Shown here: positions 1 to 8,239 of the stretch, one piece after another
Numbering within the stretch: position 1 is the stretch's first letter
Layout of the letters: the number at the start of each line of letters is the position of its first letter
Assembly (NCBI RefSeq): GCF_009831105.1
Contig: NZ_WUUQ01000001.1
Span: 450,001-482,000 of the forward strand
Direction of reading: 5' to 3'
DNA length: 32,000 bases
DNA from: Copranaerobaculum intestinale
GTDB lineage: Bacteria > Bacillota_I > Bacilli_A > Erysipelotrichales > Erysipelotrichaceae
Notes under the pieces: model-generated
Databases searched by the model: none
Told to the model about the DNA's origin: nothing
The model's input: only the letters and a program-made list of their open reading frames with translations
Translations under genes and position numbers: made by a program

Positions 1-1143
1 GAAGTACTTTCTAAAATATCAGAAAAACTACCTATTGCTGATGTATCAATAGAAGATTTACTAGGGCGAGGTGAAGTAAAACTTAACAAAGAAGAACTGA
101 GATCTTACTTAGAAGGAAAGAAAGTTTTGGTTACAGGTGCAGCTGGCTCAATTGGTTCTGAATTGTGTCGCCAAATTGTTAAATTTAAACCCAAAATAAT
201 ATACATGGTTGATATCAACGAGAATAATTTATATATGCTGGAGCAAGAATTTAATCGTGATATCGTTCATGGAAAGATGGATGAAACAATACAAATATAT
301 TCCTACATAGCAAACATCCGAGAATATTCTACAATTCTGAAGCTGTTTCAAATGTGTAGGCCTGATGTGGTTTATCATGCGGCGGCACATAAGCATGTTC
401 CTCTAATGGAAACAAGACCGGAAGAAGCAGTCAAAAATAATGTATTCGGAACTAATAATGTGATCAATGCTTGTATCAAATGCGAAATTCCTAGATTCAT
501 TATGATCAGTACTGATAAAGCTGTAAATCCTACAAATATTATGGGAGCAACCAAAAGAATGACGGAATTGATTTTACAATCCCATCAGGATAACGGAGTC
601 ACTAAACTTGCGGCTGTCCGTTTCGGGAATGTATTAGGAAGTGCTGGATCGGTAATACCAATTTTTAAAAAGCAAATTGCCGAAGGAGGTCCAGTGACAT
701 TAACAAGCAGAGAAATAGTTCGCTATTTTATGACCATTCCTGAAGCTGCGCAATTAGTCTTGCAAGCTGGCTATTATGCAAATAAAGGAGAAATATTTGT
801 TTTAGATATGGGAGAGCCGGTGAAGATATTGGATTTGGCCGAGAATTTGATTAAGCTCTCCGGATACCGACCATATAAAGATATCGACATCAAGGAAATA
901 GGATTAAGGCCTGGAGAAAAGATGTTTGAAGAATTAAAATTGGATTGTGAAAATGTCAAAAAGACTGATAATGATCTTATCTTCGTAAATGATCGGATGT
1001 CAATAAGCCATAGTTTTATAAATAACGCTTTAGAGAAAATGGATGTGGCGTTAAGAAGTGATTTAGAAAATACTGAATGGAAAAAGCTGCTTTTGCAAGT
1101 GATTCATGACGAGCGTATTAATAATGGTTCTTATATAATATGA
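1..1143 (+). CDS. CapD/EpsC/PglF-family polysaccharide biosynthesis protein (NDP-sugar, probably UDP-GlcNAc, 4,6-dehydratase). This is the C-terminal catalytic part; the 5' end lies outside the window.
   Basis: Frame 1 is open from nt 1 (EVLSKISEKLPIADVSIEDLLGRGEVKL...KKVLVTGAAGSIGSEL), so the TTG at 127 in the ORF track is internal. The Rossmann motif VTGAAGSIG and the MISTDKAV and RFGNVLGSAGSVIP blocks are typical of CapD-type extended SDR dehydratases. Confidence 0.85.
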   Translation, partial: EVLSKISEKLPIADVSIEDLLGRGEVKLNKEELRSYLEGKKVLVTGAAGSIGSELCRQIVKFKPKIIYMVDINENNLYMLEQEFNRDIVHGKMDETIQIYSYIANIREYSTILKLFQMCRPDVVYHAAAHKHVPLMETRPEEAVKNNVFGTNNVINACIKCEIPRFIMISTDKAVNPTNIMGATKRMTELILQSHQDNGVTKLAAVRFGNVLGSAGSVIPIFKKQIAEGGPVTLTSREIVRYFMTIPEAAQLVLQAGYYANKGEIFVLDMGEPVKILDLAENLIKLSGYRPYKDIDIKEIGLRPGEKMFEELKLDCENVKKTDNDLIFVNDRMSISHSFINNALEKMDVALRSDLENTEWKKLLLQVIHDERINNGSYII

Positions 1144-1646
1144 ACTGGTACGTGATTTTTGTAAGATCCAGTAAAGCGAATTATTTGGTAAACTTGCTGA
1201 ACAGTGAAAGCATGATTGCATTTATACCTCTCATGGAAAAGGTACATAAAAAGGATGGAAGGTATTATATGATCAAGACTCCTATATATCCAAATTACAT
1301 TTTTATCAAAACGGATTTAGATCATACTGCATTTGATTTATGGTTATACCAGTTCTGTCAAAATCATAACGGTATAGTAAAACAACTAAAAAATGATAAA
1401 GAAGGAACAAGTGCTTTATATCCCGAAGAGGCTGCCTTTCTTGAACAGCTTATGGATGAGAATTATACAGTAAGGCAATCATCGGGTATGATTGAAGGCA
1501 GTCGAATAGTAATTATTGATGGTCCGTTATGCGGGATGGAAAGCAGGATCGAGAAAATAGATCGGCATAAGAGGATTGCGTATTTGAAAAATGAATTACT
1601 TGGAAAATCAATTAAAATTAGTTTAGAAATACTGAAAAAGATATGA
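1140..1646 (+). CDS. loaP: Specialised NusG paralog (LoaP/UpxY/RfaH-like processive antiterminator), 168 aa
   Basis: It has an NGN-like N-terminus (WYVIFVRSSKANYLVNLL...IAFIPLMEK...TPIYPNYIFIKTD) and a KOW-like C-terminus (GSRIVIIDGPLCGMESRIEKIDRHKRIAYL). The ATG overlaps the capD-like stop (ATGA, 1140-1143). It sits inside a polysaccharide operon rather than in a secE-nusG-rplK context. Confidence 0.7.
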   Translation: MNWYVIFVRSSKANYLVNLLNSESMIAFIPLMEKVHKKDGRYYMIKTPIYPNYIFIKTDLDHTAFDLWLYQFCQNHNGIVKQLKNDKEGTSALYPEEAAFLEQLMDENYTVRQSSGMIEGSRIVIIDGPLCGMESRIEKIDRHKRIAYLKNELLGKSIKISLEILKKI

Positions 1647-1686
1647 TTCTGAAATAATAGTTGCTTAGGCACTTTATGGATGATTC

Positions 1687-1746
1687 AAGGATATAGTTCA
1701 TTACCTGTAGAGGCTCTTTGGGTAAGGGGAGCTATATCCTTTTTTG
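1687..1746 (+). terminator. Candidate intrinsic terminator / antitermination target between the NusG paralog and the downstream polysaccharide genes
   Basis: There is a perfect 10-bp inverted repeat, AAGGATATAG (1687-1696) / CTATATCCTT (1732-1741). An inner TTACC (1701-1705) / GGTAA (1721-1725) pairing lies within it, and the right arm runs into a T-run (1740-1745). The stem is AT-rich; free energy was not computed. Confidence 0.5.
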
Positions 1747-1779
1747 TTATTATATGATTCATAATTTAGGAGGATCAGA

Positions 1780-2988
1780 ATGAAGAAAAAAAATATACCT
1801 TTCGCACCACCAGATGTGGGGGATGCTGAAATTGAGGAAGTTGTACAAGCATTAAGATCTGGTTGGATTACAACTGGTCCAAAAGTAAAAGCTTTTGAAA
1901 ATGAAATTGCGAAATACTGTCATGCTCAAAGGGCTGTGTGTCTTAACAGCGCAACCGCTTGTATGGAGCTGACATTGCGGTTATTTGGTATAGGACCGGG
2001 TGATGAAGTTATAACTACTGCCTATACTTATACAGCTACATGTAGTGTAATATGTCATGTAGGCGCTAAACCTGTCCTGATTGATGTAAAGCAAAATTCA
2101 TATGAAATGGATTATGAGCAACTGTCTGAAAAAATAACAAATAAAACCAAAGCTATTATTCCAGTTGACCTTGCAGGCATTATGTGCAATTATGATCAAA
2201 TTTATAAAGTTATTGAAGCCAACAAATATAAATTTTGCCCTTCCAATAAATTTCAAGAAGCGCTTGGTAGAATTTTAGTCCTTGCGGATGCTGCTCATGC
2301 ATTTGGTTCTTCTAGAAAAGGTAATGTATGTGGTGAAGTGGCGGATTTCACATCTTTTAGTTTTCATGCTGTAAAAAATCTTACAACAGCAGAAGGCGGA
2401 GCTGTTGTATGGAAGGATATTCCCGGAATAGATAATGAATATATTTATAAACAATATCAGTTGTATTCGTTACACGGTCAAACAAAGGATGCTTTAAATA
2501 AAACGAGTTTAGGTTCTTGGGAATATGATATTTTATTTCCGGCCTATAAATGTAATATGACTGATATTACAGCTGGTATCGGACTAGCCCAATTGAAAAG
2601 ATATTCAAATTTATTGCTAAGAAGAAAAGAAATTATTGATATGTATAATAAATCATTTATAAATTTGCATGTGCAGCTTTTGAATCACTATGATGAAGAG
2701 CATGAATCAAGTGGTCATTTATATATGATTCGAGTTAATGATATAGGGGTTGAGCAGAGGAATGCGCTGATTATCCAAATGGCGGAAAAAGGTATAGCAT
2801 GTAATGTACATTATAAACCCCTTCCTATGCTGACAGCTTATAAGTCATTGGGGTTTGATATTAAGGATTTTCCTAATGCATATAGGCAGTATGAAAATGA
2901 AATTACATTACCATTAAGAAGTAATTTAACAAATGATGAAGTAACTTATATTATCAAGTGTTTTACAGGAGTGTTGAAAGATGTATAA
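1780..2988 (+). CDS. DegT/DnrJ/EryC1/StrS-family PLP-dependent sugar aminotransferase (PglE/EpsN-like, acting on a 4-keto-6-deoxy-HexNAc nucleotide sugar)
   Basis: Family blocks are present: IPFAPPDVGDAEIEEVVQALRSGWITTGPKVKAFE, NSATACMELTL, DAAHAFGS, and SFSFHAVKNLTTAEGGAV with the expected PLP lysine. A strong SD (TAGGAGG) precedes ATG 1780. Confidence 0.9.
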   Translation: MKKKNIPFAPPDVGDAEIEEVVQALRSGWITTGPKVKAFENEIAKYCHAQRAVCLNSATACMELTLRLFGIGPGDEVITTAYTYTATCSVICHVGAKPVLIDVKQNSYEMDYEQLSEKITNKTKAIIPVDLAGIMCNYDQIYKVIEANKYKFCPSNKFQEALGRILVLADAAHAFGSSRKGNVCGEVADFTSFSFHAVKNLTTAEGGAVVWKDIPGIDNEYIYKQYQLYSLHGQTKDALNKTSLGSWEYDILFPAYKCNMTDITAGIGLAQLKRYSNLLLRRKEIIDMYNKSFINLHVQLLNHYDEEHESSGHLYMIRVNDIGVEQRNALIIQMAEKGIACNVHYKPLPMLTAYKSLGFDIKDFPNAYRQYENEITLPLRSNLTNDEVTYIIKCFTGVLKDV

Positions 2989-3568
2989 ACTAATAATTAA
3001 GCGGGTTTTCGATATTTTATTTAGCTTGCTTTTTTTACCTTTTGTTGTATTAGAAATTTTAATAATTGGTGCTTTCATAAAAGTTGAGGATGGAGGGCCT
3101 ATAATTTACAAAGCTGAACGAATTGGGAAAAGAGGCAGTTTATTTACAATGTATAAGCTTAGAAGTATGAAAGTGAATTCGCCAGATATTCGTCTGGATG
3201 ATGGCTCTACTTACAATGCCGATGATGACGATCGAGTAACTAAAGTTGGCAAATTCATACGAAAAACAAGTTTGGATGAGTTTCCCCAATTTATAAATGT
3301 TTTAAAAGGGGATATGAGCGTTATAGGTCCTAGACCGGATCCACCAGATTGGTTAGATAAATATCCTAAAGAATATTTAGAATTTTTAGAAGTTAAACCA
3401 GGTATAACCGGATATAATCAAGCTTATTTCAGAAATTCAGTTGATGGTGCTACTAAAATGAGAAATGATCTGTACTATGCAAAAAAAATATCATTTATTC
3501 TTGATTTAAAAATTATACTAAAAACGATTGTAACTATCATGTTTTCAAAAAATGTAAATCATGAATAA
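2981..3568 (+). CDS. Small monotopic phosphoglycosyl transferase (bacterial sugar transferase, PglC/EpsL-type initiating enzyme), 195 aa
   Basis: A single N-terminal hydrophobic helix (FDILFSLLFLPFVVLEILIIGAFI) is followed by the sugar-transferase core (PIIYKAERIGKRG, FTMYKLRSM, DDRVTKVGKFIRKTSLDEFPQFINVLKGDMSVIGPRPD). The start overlaps the upstream stop. Confidence 0.85.
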   Translation: MYKLIIKRVFDILFSLLFLPFVVLEILIIGAFIKVEDGGPIIYKAERIGKRGSLFTMYKLRSMKVNSPDIRLDDGSTYNADDDDRVTKVGKFIRKTSLDEFPQFINVLKGDMSVIGPRPDPPDWLDKYPKEYLEFLEVKPGITGYNQAYFRNSVDGATKMRNDLYYAKKISFILDLKIILKTIVTIMFSKNVNHE

Positions 3569-3591
3569 GTAAAAATGTAAGAAAGCAGGGT

Positions 3592-4617
3592 GTGTTTGTG
3601 ATAAGAAAAGAAATAGGAAGTGATTGGGAAATATATATGAATAGATTTTTTTTACAAGACAATTTTTATTTCTTTCGTTCTTGTAGAGATGCACTGAACT
3701 ATATCGCCCATTGCTTTAAATCAAATATTGAAGTTGTACTCCCAGCCTATTCTTGTGATTCGGTTATTACTCCATTTAGCAAAAAAGAAGATAATATCAA
3801 ATTTTATGGGATTGATAATAATTTTAAATTTCTTAAATCAGAAGTAGAGGGATTGTGCGAAAAAGCTGATATTTTACTACTTATTGATTATTTTGGTATT
3901 TCTTGTGTAGATGAAGAATTTTTAAAAAAAATTAAAAATAAAAATCCCAATATCTGCATAATTATTGATAAAACGCAAAATTTTTTTGGAGATATTTGGT
4001 ATTATGAATATGCAGATTATGTGGTTTGTAGTCTACGAAAATGGTTCAGTTTACCTGATGGAGGCTTGTTAGTATCAAAAAATAAACTAGATATTGAATT
4101 TCTAAACGATGACAGTTTTTATAATTTAAAATTGAACGCAGGATTTACGAAATATGAATATTTACACAATTTGTGTGATGATAAAAGTTATTTCTTAGAT
4201 GCATCAAAAAAAGCTGATACTATACTTAGCAAAATGGATAATTATGCAATAAGCGATTTTAGTTATTTTAAATTGTTAACATATGATATAAGTCAAATAA
4301 AGAAGATTCGTGCAGGAAATTTTGTGTATTTAAAAGAAAATATGACAGATGTAAATATTAGTAAAATTGAAGCCTGCGAGAATAGTTTGTATTTCCCTAT
4401 ATTAACAAAAAATAGAGATGTTTTACAGCAATATCTTTCTGAAAACAATGTTTATTGCCCTGTAATCTGGGAGTTAGATCCCGAACAACGGATGTATGGT
4501 AAATGTGGCTATCTCTCTGATCATATTTTGTGTATTCCGATTGATCAGCGTTATACTCTGGATGATATGGAAGAAATTTGTTATAAGATAAATTGTTTCC
4601 AGGAGAAAAACTCATGA
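3592..4617 (+). CDS. Divergent fold-type-I PLP-dependent enzyme (DegT-like); substrate unknown
   Basis: FRSCRDALNYIAHCF...EVVLPAYSCDSVITPF resembles the DegT N-terminal domain. CSLRKWFSLPDGGLL resembles the S-x-x-x-K...GG PLP-lysine block. It is shorter (341 aa) and much more diverged than the aminotransferase at 1780-2988. The start is uncertain: GTG 3592, GTG 3598 or ATG 3637. Confidence 0.5.
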   Translation: MFVIRKEIGSDWEIYMNRFFLQDNFYFFRSCRDALNYIAHCFKSNIEVVLPAYSCDSVITPFSKKEDNIKFYGIDNNFKFLKSEVEGLCEKADILLLIDYFGISCVDEEFLKKIKNKNPNICIIIDKTQNFFGDIWYYEYADYVVCSLRKWFSLPDGGLLVSKNKLDIEFLNDDSFYNLKLNAGFTKYEYLHNLCDDKSYFLDASKKADTILSKMDNYAISDFSYFKLLTYDISQIKKIRAGNFVYLKENMTDVNISKIEACENSLYFPILTKNRDVLQQYLSENNVYCPVIWELDPEQRMYGKCGYLSDHILCIPIDQRYTLDDMEEICYKINCFQEKNS

Positions 4618-5768
4618 AAAAATTATGTATATTAGGTGGAAGTGAATTGCAATTACCATTAATTAAAGAAGCAAAACGCTCCAATATTATTACTTTAGTT
4701 GTAGATTGGGATGATACGTGTATTGGTAAAAAGTACGCTGATAAGTTTTACTGTTCAAGTACATTAGACTATGATGCGATATATAACATTGCATTAAAAG
4801 AAAATATCGATGGAATTGTTACGATTTGTAGTGATAAACCGATGCCGATTATTGCTAAAATCGGTGAACAACTAAACTTAAAGACTATATCTTGTGATGC
4901 GGCATTATCAGCAACAAATAAAGCTCTTATGAGATTAAGACTCAAAGCACATCAGGTACCCATACCGGAATTTTTTGTATGTAAAAACTTCAATGAGTTC
5001 AAAGCAGCAATTTTACATTTTTCGAATTCATTTATCGTAAAACCTAGTGATAATTCTGGATCTAGGGGGGTAGTATTAGCAAATAAAGATAGTGATTTAT
5101 CGGCGGTATATCAATATTCATTAAGTAACTCTTCTAATAATGAAATTCTCGTTGAAGAGTATATGAAAGGATTTGAAGTAAGTGTTGAAATTTTTGTTGT
5201 GAATAATGATCCTCGGGTTATTCAGATAACAGATAAAATAACTACAGGAGCACCGCATTTTATTGAAATTGGTCATTTTCAGCCAAGCACAGTTAATCAT
5301 AATTTATATGAAAAAATTTCAAAAGTTGCGATTTCGGCCGTTAAGGCATTAGCAATCGATCGTGGACCAGCACATGTAGAAATAATTGTCACTAAATCTG
5401 GGCCTAAAATAGTTGAAGTAGGAGCAAGACTTGGCGGTGACCATATAACAACCGATCTTGTTCCTATGTCTACAGGTATTAATATGGTAAAAATGTTGAT
5501 CGATGACACATTATACAAAGTAAGCGAATTTACGGCAACAAAGAGTAATTTTTCCGGAATTTTGTACTTCAATGGTCCATCCACAATAGAGGAAGACCTG
5601 TTAAAATGCAAAAGCATCGTACGTTTTAGTTCAGATCAGCTGACTCAATATCAAAGAACTAAAGTTGAAAGTAGTAATGATAGAAAGGGTTATGCTTTAT
5701 TTTGTAGTGAAGAAAAACATGTGATCGAAACTGATATGGAGCATATTAAGAGGTTAACATTTGTATGA
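4614..5768 (+). CDS. ATP-grasp carboxylate-amine ligase (L-amino-acid-ligase-like), 384 aa
   Basis: ATP-grasp blocks are present: IVKPSDNSGSRGVVL, ILVEEYMKGFEVSVEIFVV, HFIEIGHFQPS, PAHVEIIVTKSGPKIVEVGARLGGD. I place the start at ATG 4614 (AGGAGA SD at 4601-4606, ATGA overlap with the upstream stop), not at the TTG 4593 of the ORF track. Confidence 0.75.
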   Translation: MKKLCILGGSELQLPLIKEAKRSNIITLVVDWDDTCIGKKYADKFYCSSTLDYDAIYNIALKENIDGIVTICSDKPMPIIAKIGEQLNLKTISCDAALSATNKALMRLRLKAHQVPIPEFFVCKNFNEFKAAILHFSNSFIVKPSDNSGSRGVVLANKDSDLSAVYQYSLSNSSNNEILVEEYMKGFEVSVEIFVVNNDPRVIQITDKITTGAPHFIEIGHFQPSTVNHNLYEKISKVAISAVKALAIDRGPAHVEIIVTKSGPKIVEVGARLGGDHITTDLVPMSTGINMVKMLIDDTLYKVSEFTATKSNFSGILYFNGPSTIEEDLLKCKSIVRFSSDQLTQYQRTKVESSNDRKGYALFCSEEKHVIETDMEHIKRLTFV

Positions 5769-6883
5769 ATATTTTAATAATTGAAAATACTGCGGATTCA
5801 TTGTGGAAGATAAGAGGGAACTTATTTCTGCGTTTATTAAAATTAGGAGCTAATATTACCATATGTGGCCCTGAGATTTATCATCAAAAAATTTACGAGT
5901 ATGACGAACATGGTATTAAGTATTTCCATCTAGACGCAGATTCCCAAAATATTAACCCATTTAAAGAGATTAAAAGTTTAATTCGTATTAGAAGGCAGTT
6001 ACTCAATTTGAAACCGGATGCTGTAATAGTGATTGGAATGAAATTCATCCCAACCTGTATTTTAGCTTCACGCTTTGCGAAGGTGCCTTATTTATTTAGC
6101 TATATAAATGGCGTAGGGAATTTGTTTATTCAAAATACGATGAAGTTTAAAATTGTTAGATTCATATCTTTTCCCATGTTAAAATTTGCTTTTTTCTCAT
6201 CTGATTTGGTTTTTTTGCAAAATCAAGATGATATAGATGAATTGATAAATAGGCACTTACTTTCTCAAGAAAAGACCGTATTGACAGATGGATCAGGAGT
6301 TGATATGGAAAGGTATCAGCCTACTCCATATCCAGATCAAATTACGTTTACTTACATAGGAAGAATCTGTTCAGAAAAAGGAATTTTAGAGTTTTTAGAA
6401 GCTGCTGAAATTATAAAGGAAGTGTACCCGCATATTAGATTTATTGTTGTGGGAAATATTTACCGAGTTGACGATATTGGATTTGGGGAGAAAAAAAGGT
6501 GTTTATTGAAAAATGGCATTTTCGAGTATTATGAAGCTGTTGAAGATGTAAATGAGATTCTAGATAAAACAAGTGTAGTAGTTATGCCTTCTTATCGTGA
6601 GGGACTTTCTAGAGTTGTAATTGAAGGTATGGCTAAGAAGAGACCAGCAATAGTCAGTGATGTTCCAGGCAACCGTTCAGCCGTTGAACATAAAGTAAAT
6701 GGATTGCGAATTCCTGTTCAAGATGCGAAAAGTTTAGCAATAGCTATGAAATATTTTATTGAGAATGAGGAGTCCATTGCAATTATGGGACTCAAAGGAT
6801 ACGAATTATGCAAATCAAAATTCGAAGTTAATAAAGTCAATGAAAAGATGGTAAAAAAATTATGGGAGGTAATGAATAAATGA
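5765..6883 (+). CDS. GT4-family (GT-B fold) glycosyltransferase
   Basis: The C-terminal retaining-GT4 signature is present: FTYIGRICSEKGI...VVMPSYREGLSRVVIEGMAKKRPAIVSDVPGNRSAVEHKVNGLRIP (E-x7-E region). There is an ATGA overlap with the upstream gene and an AAGAGG SD. Confidence 0.8.
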   Translation: MNILIIENTADSLWKIRGNLFLRLLKLGANITICGPEIYHQKIYEYDEHGIKYFHLDADSQNINPFKEIKSLIRIRRQLLNLKPDAVIVIGMKFIPTCILASRFAKVPYLFSYINGVGNLFIQNTMKFKIVRFISFPMLKFAFFSSDLVFLQNQDDIDELINRHLLSQEKTVLTDGSGVDMERYQPTPYPDQITFTYIGRICSEKGILEFLEAAEIIKEVYPHIRFIVVGNIYRVDDIGFGEKKRCLLKNGIFEYYEAVEDVNEILDKTSVVVMPSYREGLSRVVIEGMAKKRPAIVSDVPGNRSAVEHKVNGLRIPVQDAKSLAIAMKYFIENEESIAIMGLKGYELCKSKFEVNKVNEKMVKKLWEVMNK

Positions 6884-8187
6884 ATAATTATGAAAGATTA
6901 TGCAAGAAGGAAGCACAATTAAGTTTAATTGGTTTGGGTTATGTAGGAATGCCTATCGCAGTTGCCTTTTCTCAAAAAGTAAAAGTCATAGGTTTTGATG
7001 TAAATGAAGATAAAGTGAATCTTTATAAACAAGGTATTGATCCTACTAAAGAAGTTGGAAATGATGTTGTTAAAAATTGTAATGTGAATTTCACAAGCGA
7101 TGAAAAAGCACTAAAGGACTCAATTTTTCATATAGTGGCTGTTCCAACACCAGTTAAATCTGATCATACACCAGAATTACGGCCAGTTATCAGCGCTAGT
7201 CATACTGTTGGCAGAAATTTGACAAAAGGTTCAATTGTTGTTTATGAATCTACGGTGTATCCGGGAGTAACAGAAGAAATCTGTATTCCTATTTTGGAAG
7301 CGGAATCTGGATTAAAGTGCGGATTAGACTTTAAAGTCGGTTATTCTCCAGAGCGCATTAATCCAAGTGACGAGGTACACAAATTAAATAACATTACCAA
7401 AATTGTTTCTGCTTGCGATGAAGAAGCTCTGGAGGAAATTGCTAAGGTATATGAATTAGTTGTAGAGGTTGGGGTATATAAAGCAGAATCAATAAAAGTT
7501 GCTGAAGCAGCTAAAGTTATTGAAAATTCGCAACGAGATATTAATGTAGCGTTTATGAATGAACTGTCTATTATCTTTAATAAGTTGGGAATAGATACAC
7601 AAGCTGTTTTGAAAGCAGCTGGAACTAAATGGAATTTTCTAAATTTTTATCCTGGGCTTGTAGGAGGGCATTGTATAGGTGTTGATCCATATTACTTAAC
7701 ATATAAAGCAGAGTCTGTGGGATATCATTCGCAGATAATTTTATCGGGGCGCAGAATTAATGATGAAATGGGTAAATATATCGCAGAAAATACAATAAAA
7801 CATTTGATAAAAGCGGATATCAATATAAAAAATTCCAAAATAGGTATTTTAGGTTTTGCTTTTAAAGAAAATTGTCCTGATACTAGAAATACTAAAATAA
7901 TAGATATCATAGACGAACTTAAAGAATATGGAGTAGTTCCTATCGTTGTTGATCCTGTTGCAGATATGGAGGAAGCAAAAGATTTATATGGTATAAATTT
8001 GAAACCTATGAGTGAACTAGTAAATCTAGATGCGTTGATTATTGCTACACAACATCATGAGTTTAAAAACATAAAAAAGCAAAGTTTTGATTCTATGTTT
8101 AATGATAAAAGAATCTTAATTGACGTCAAAGGAATTCTGGATAAACATGAATACGTTTCTGATGGATATATTTATTGGCGGTTATAG
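6880..8187 (+). CDS. Nucleotide-sugar 6-dehydrogenase of the TviB/WbpO/CapL type (UDP-GlcNAc or UDP-GalNAc to the uronic acid)
   Basis: The N-terminal NAD fold is LSLIGLGYVGMPIAVAFSQKVKVIGFDVNEDKV. The catalytic-cysteine block GLVGGHCIGVDPYYL is present, and the C-terminal UDP-binding region has ILGFAFKENCPDTRNTK. Confidence 0.9.
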   Translation: MNNYERLCKKEAQLSLIGLGYVGMPIAVAFSQKVKVIGFDVNEDKVNLYKQGIDPTKEVGNDVVKNCNVNFTSDEKALKDSIFHIVAVPTPVKSDHTPELRPVISASHTVGRNLTKGSIVVYESTVYPGVTEEICIPILEAESGLKCGLDFKVGYSPERINPSDEVHKLNNITKIVSACDEEALEEIAKVYELVVEVGVYKAESIKVAEAAKVIENSQRDINVAFMNELSIIFNKLGIDTQAVLKAAGTKWNFLNFYPGLVGGHCIGVDPYYLTYKAESVGYHSQIILSGRRINDEMGKYIAENTIKHLIKADINIKNSKIGILGFAFKENCPDTRNTKIIDIIDELKEYGVVPIVVDPVADMEEAKDLYGINLKPMSELVNLDALIIATQHHEFKNIKKQSFDSMFNDKRILIDVKGILDKHEYVSDGYIYWRL

Positions 8188-8239
8188 TAGTTTCGGGTTA
8201 ATCAATTGTAGACCATTCTGGTAGAAAGGTAAAGATACT

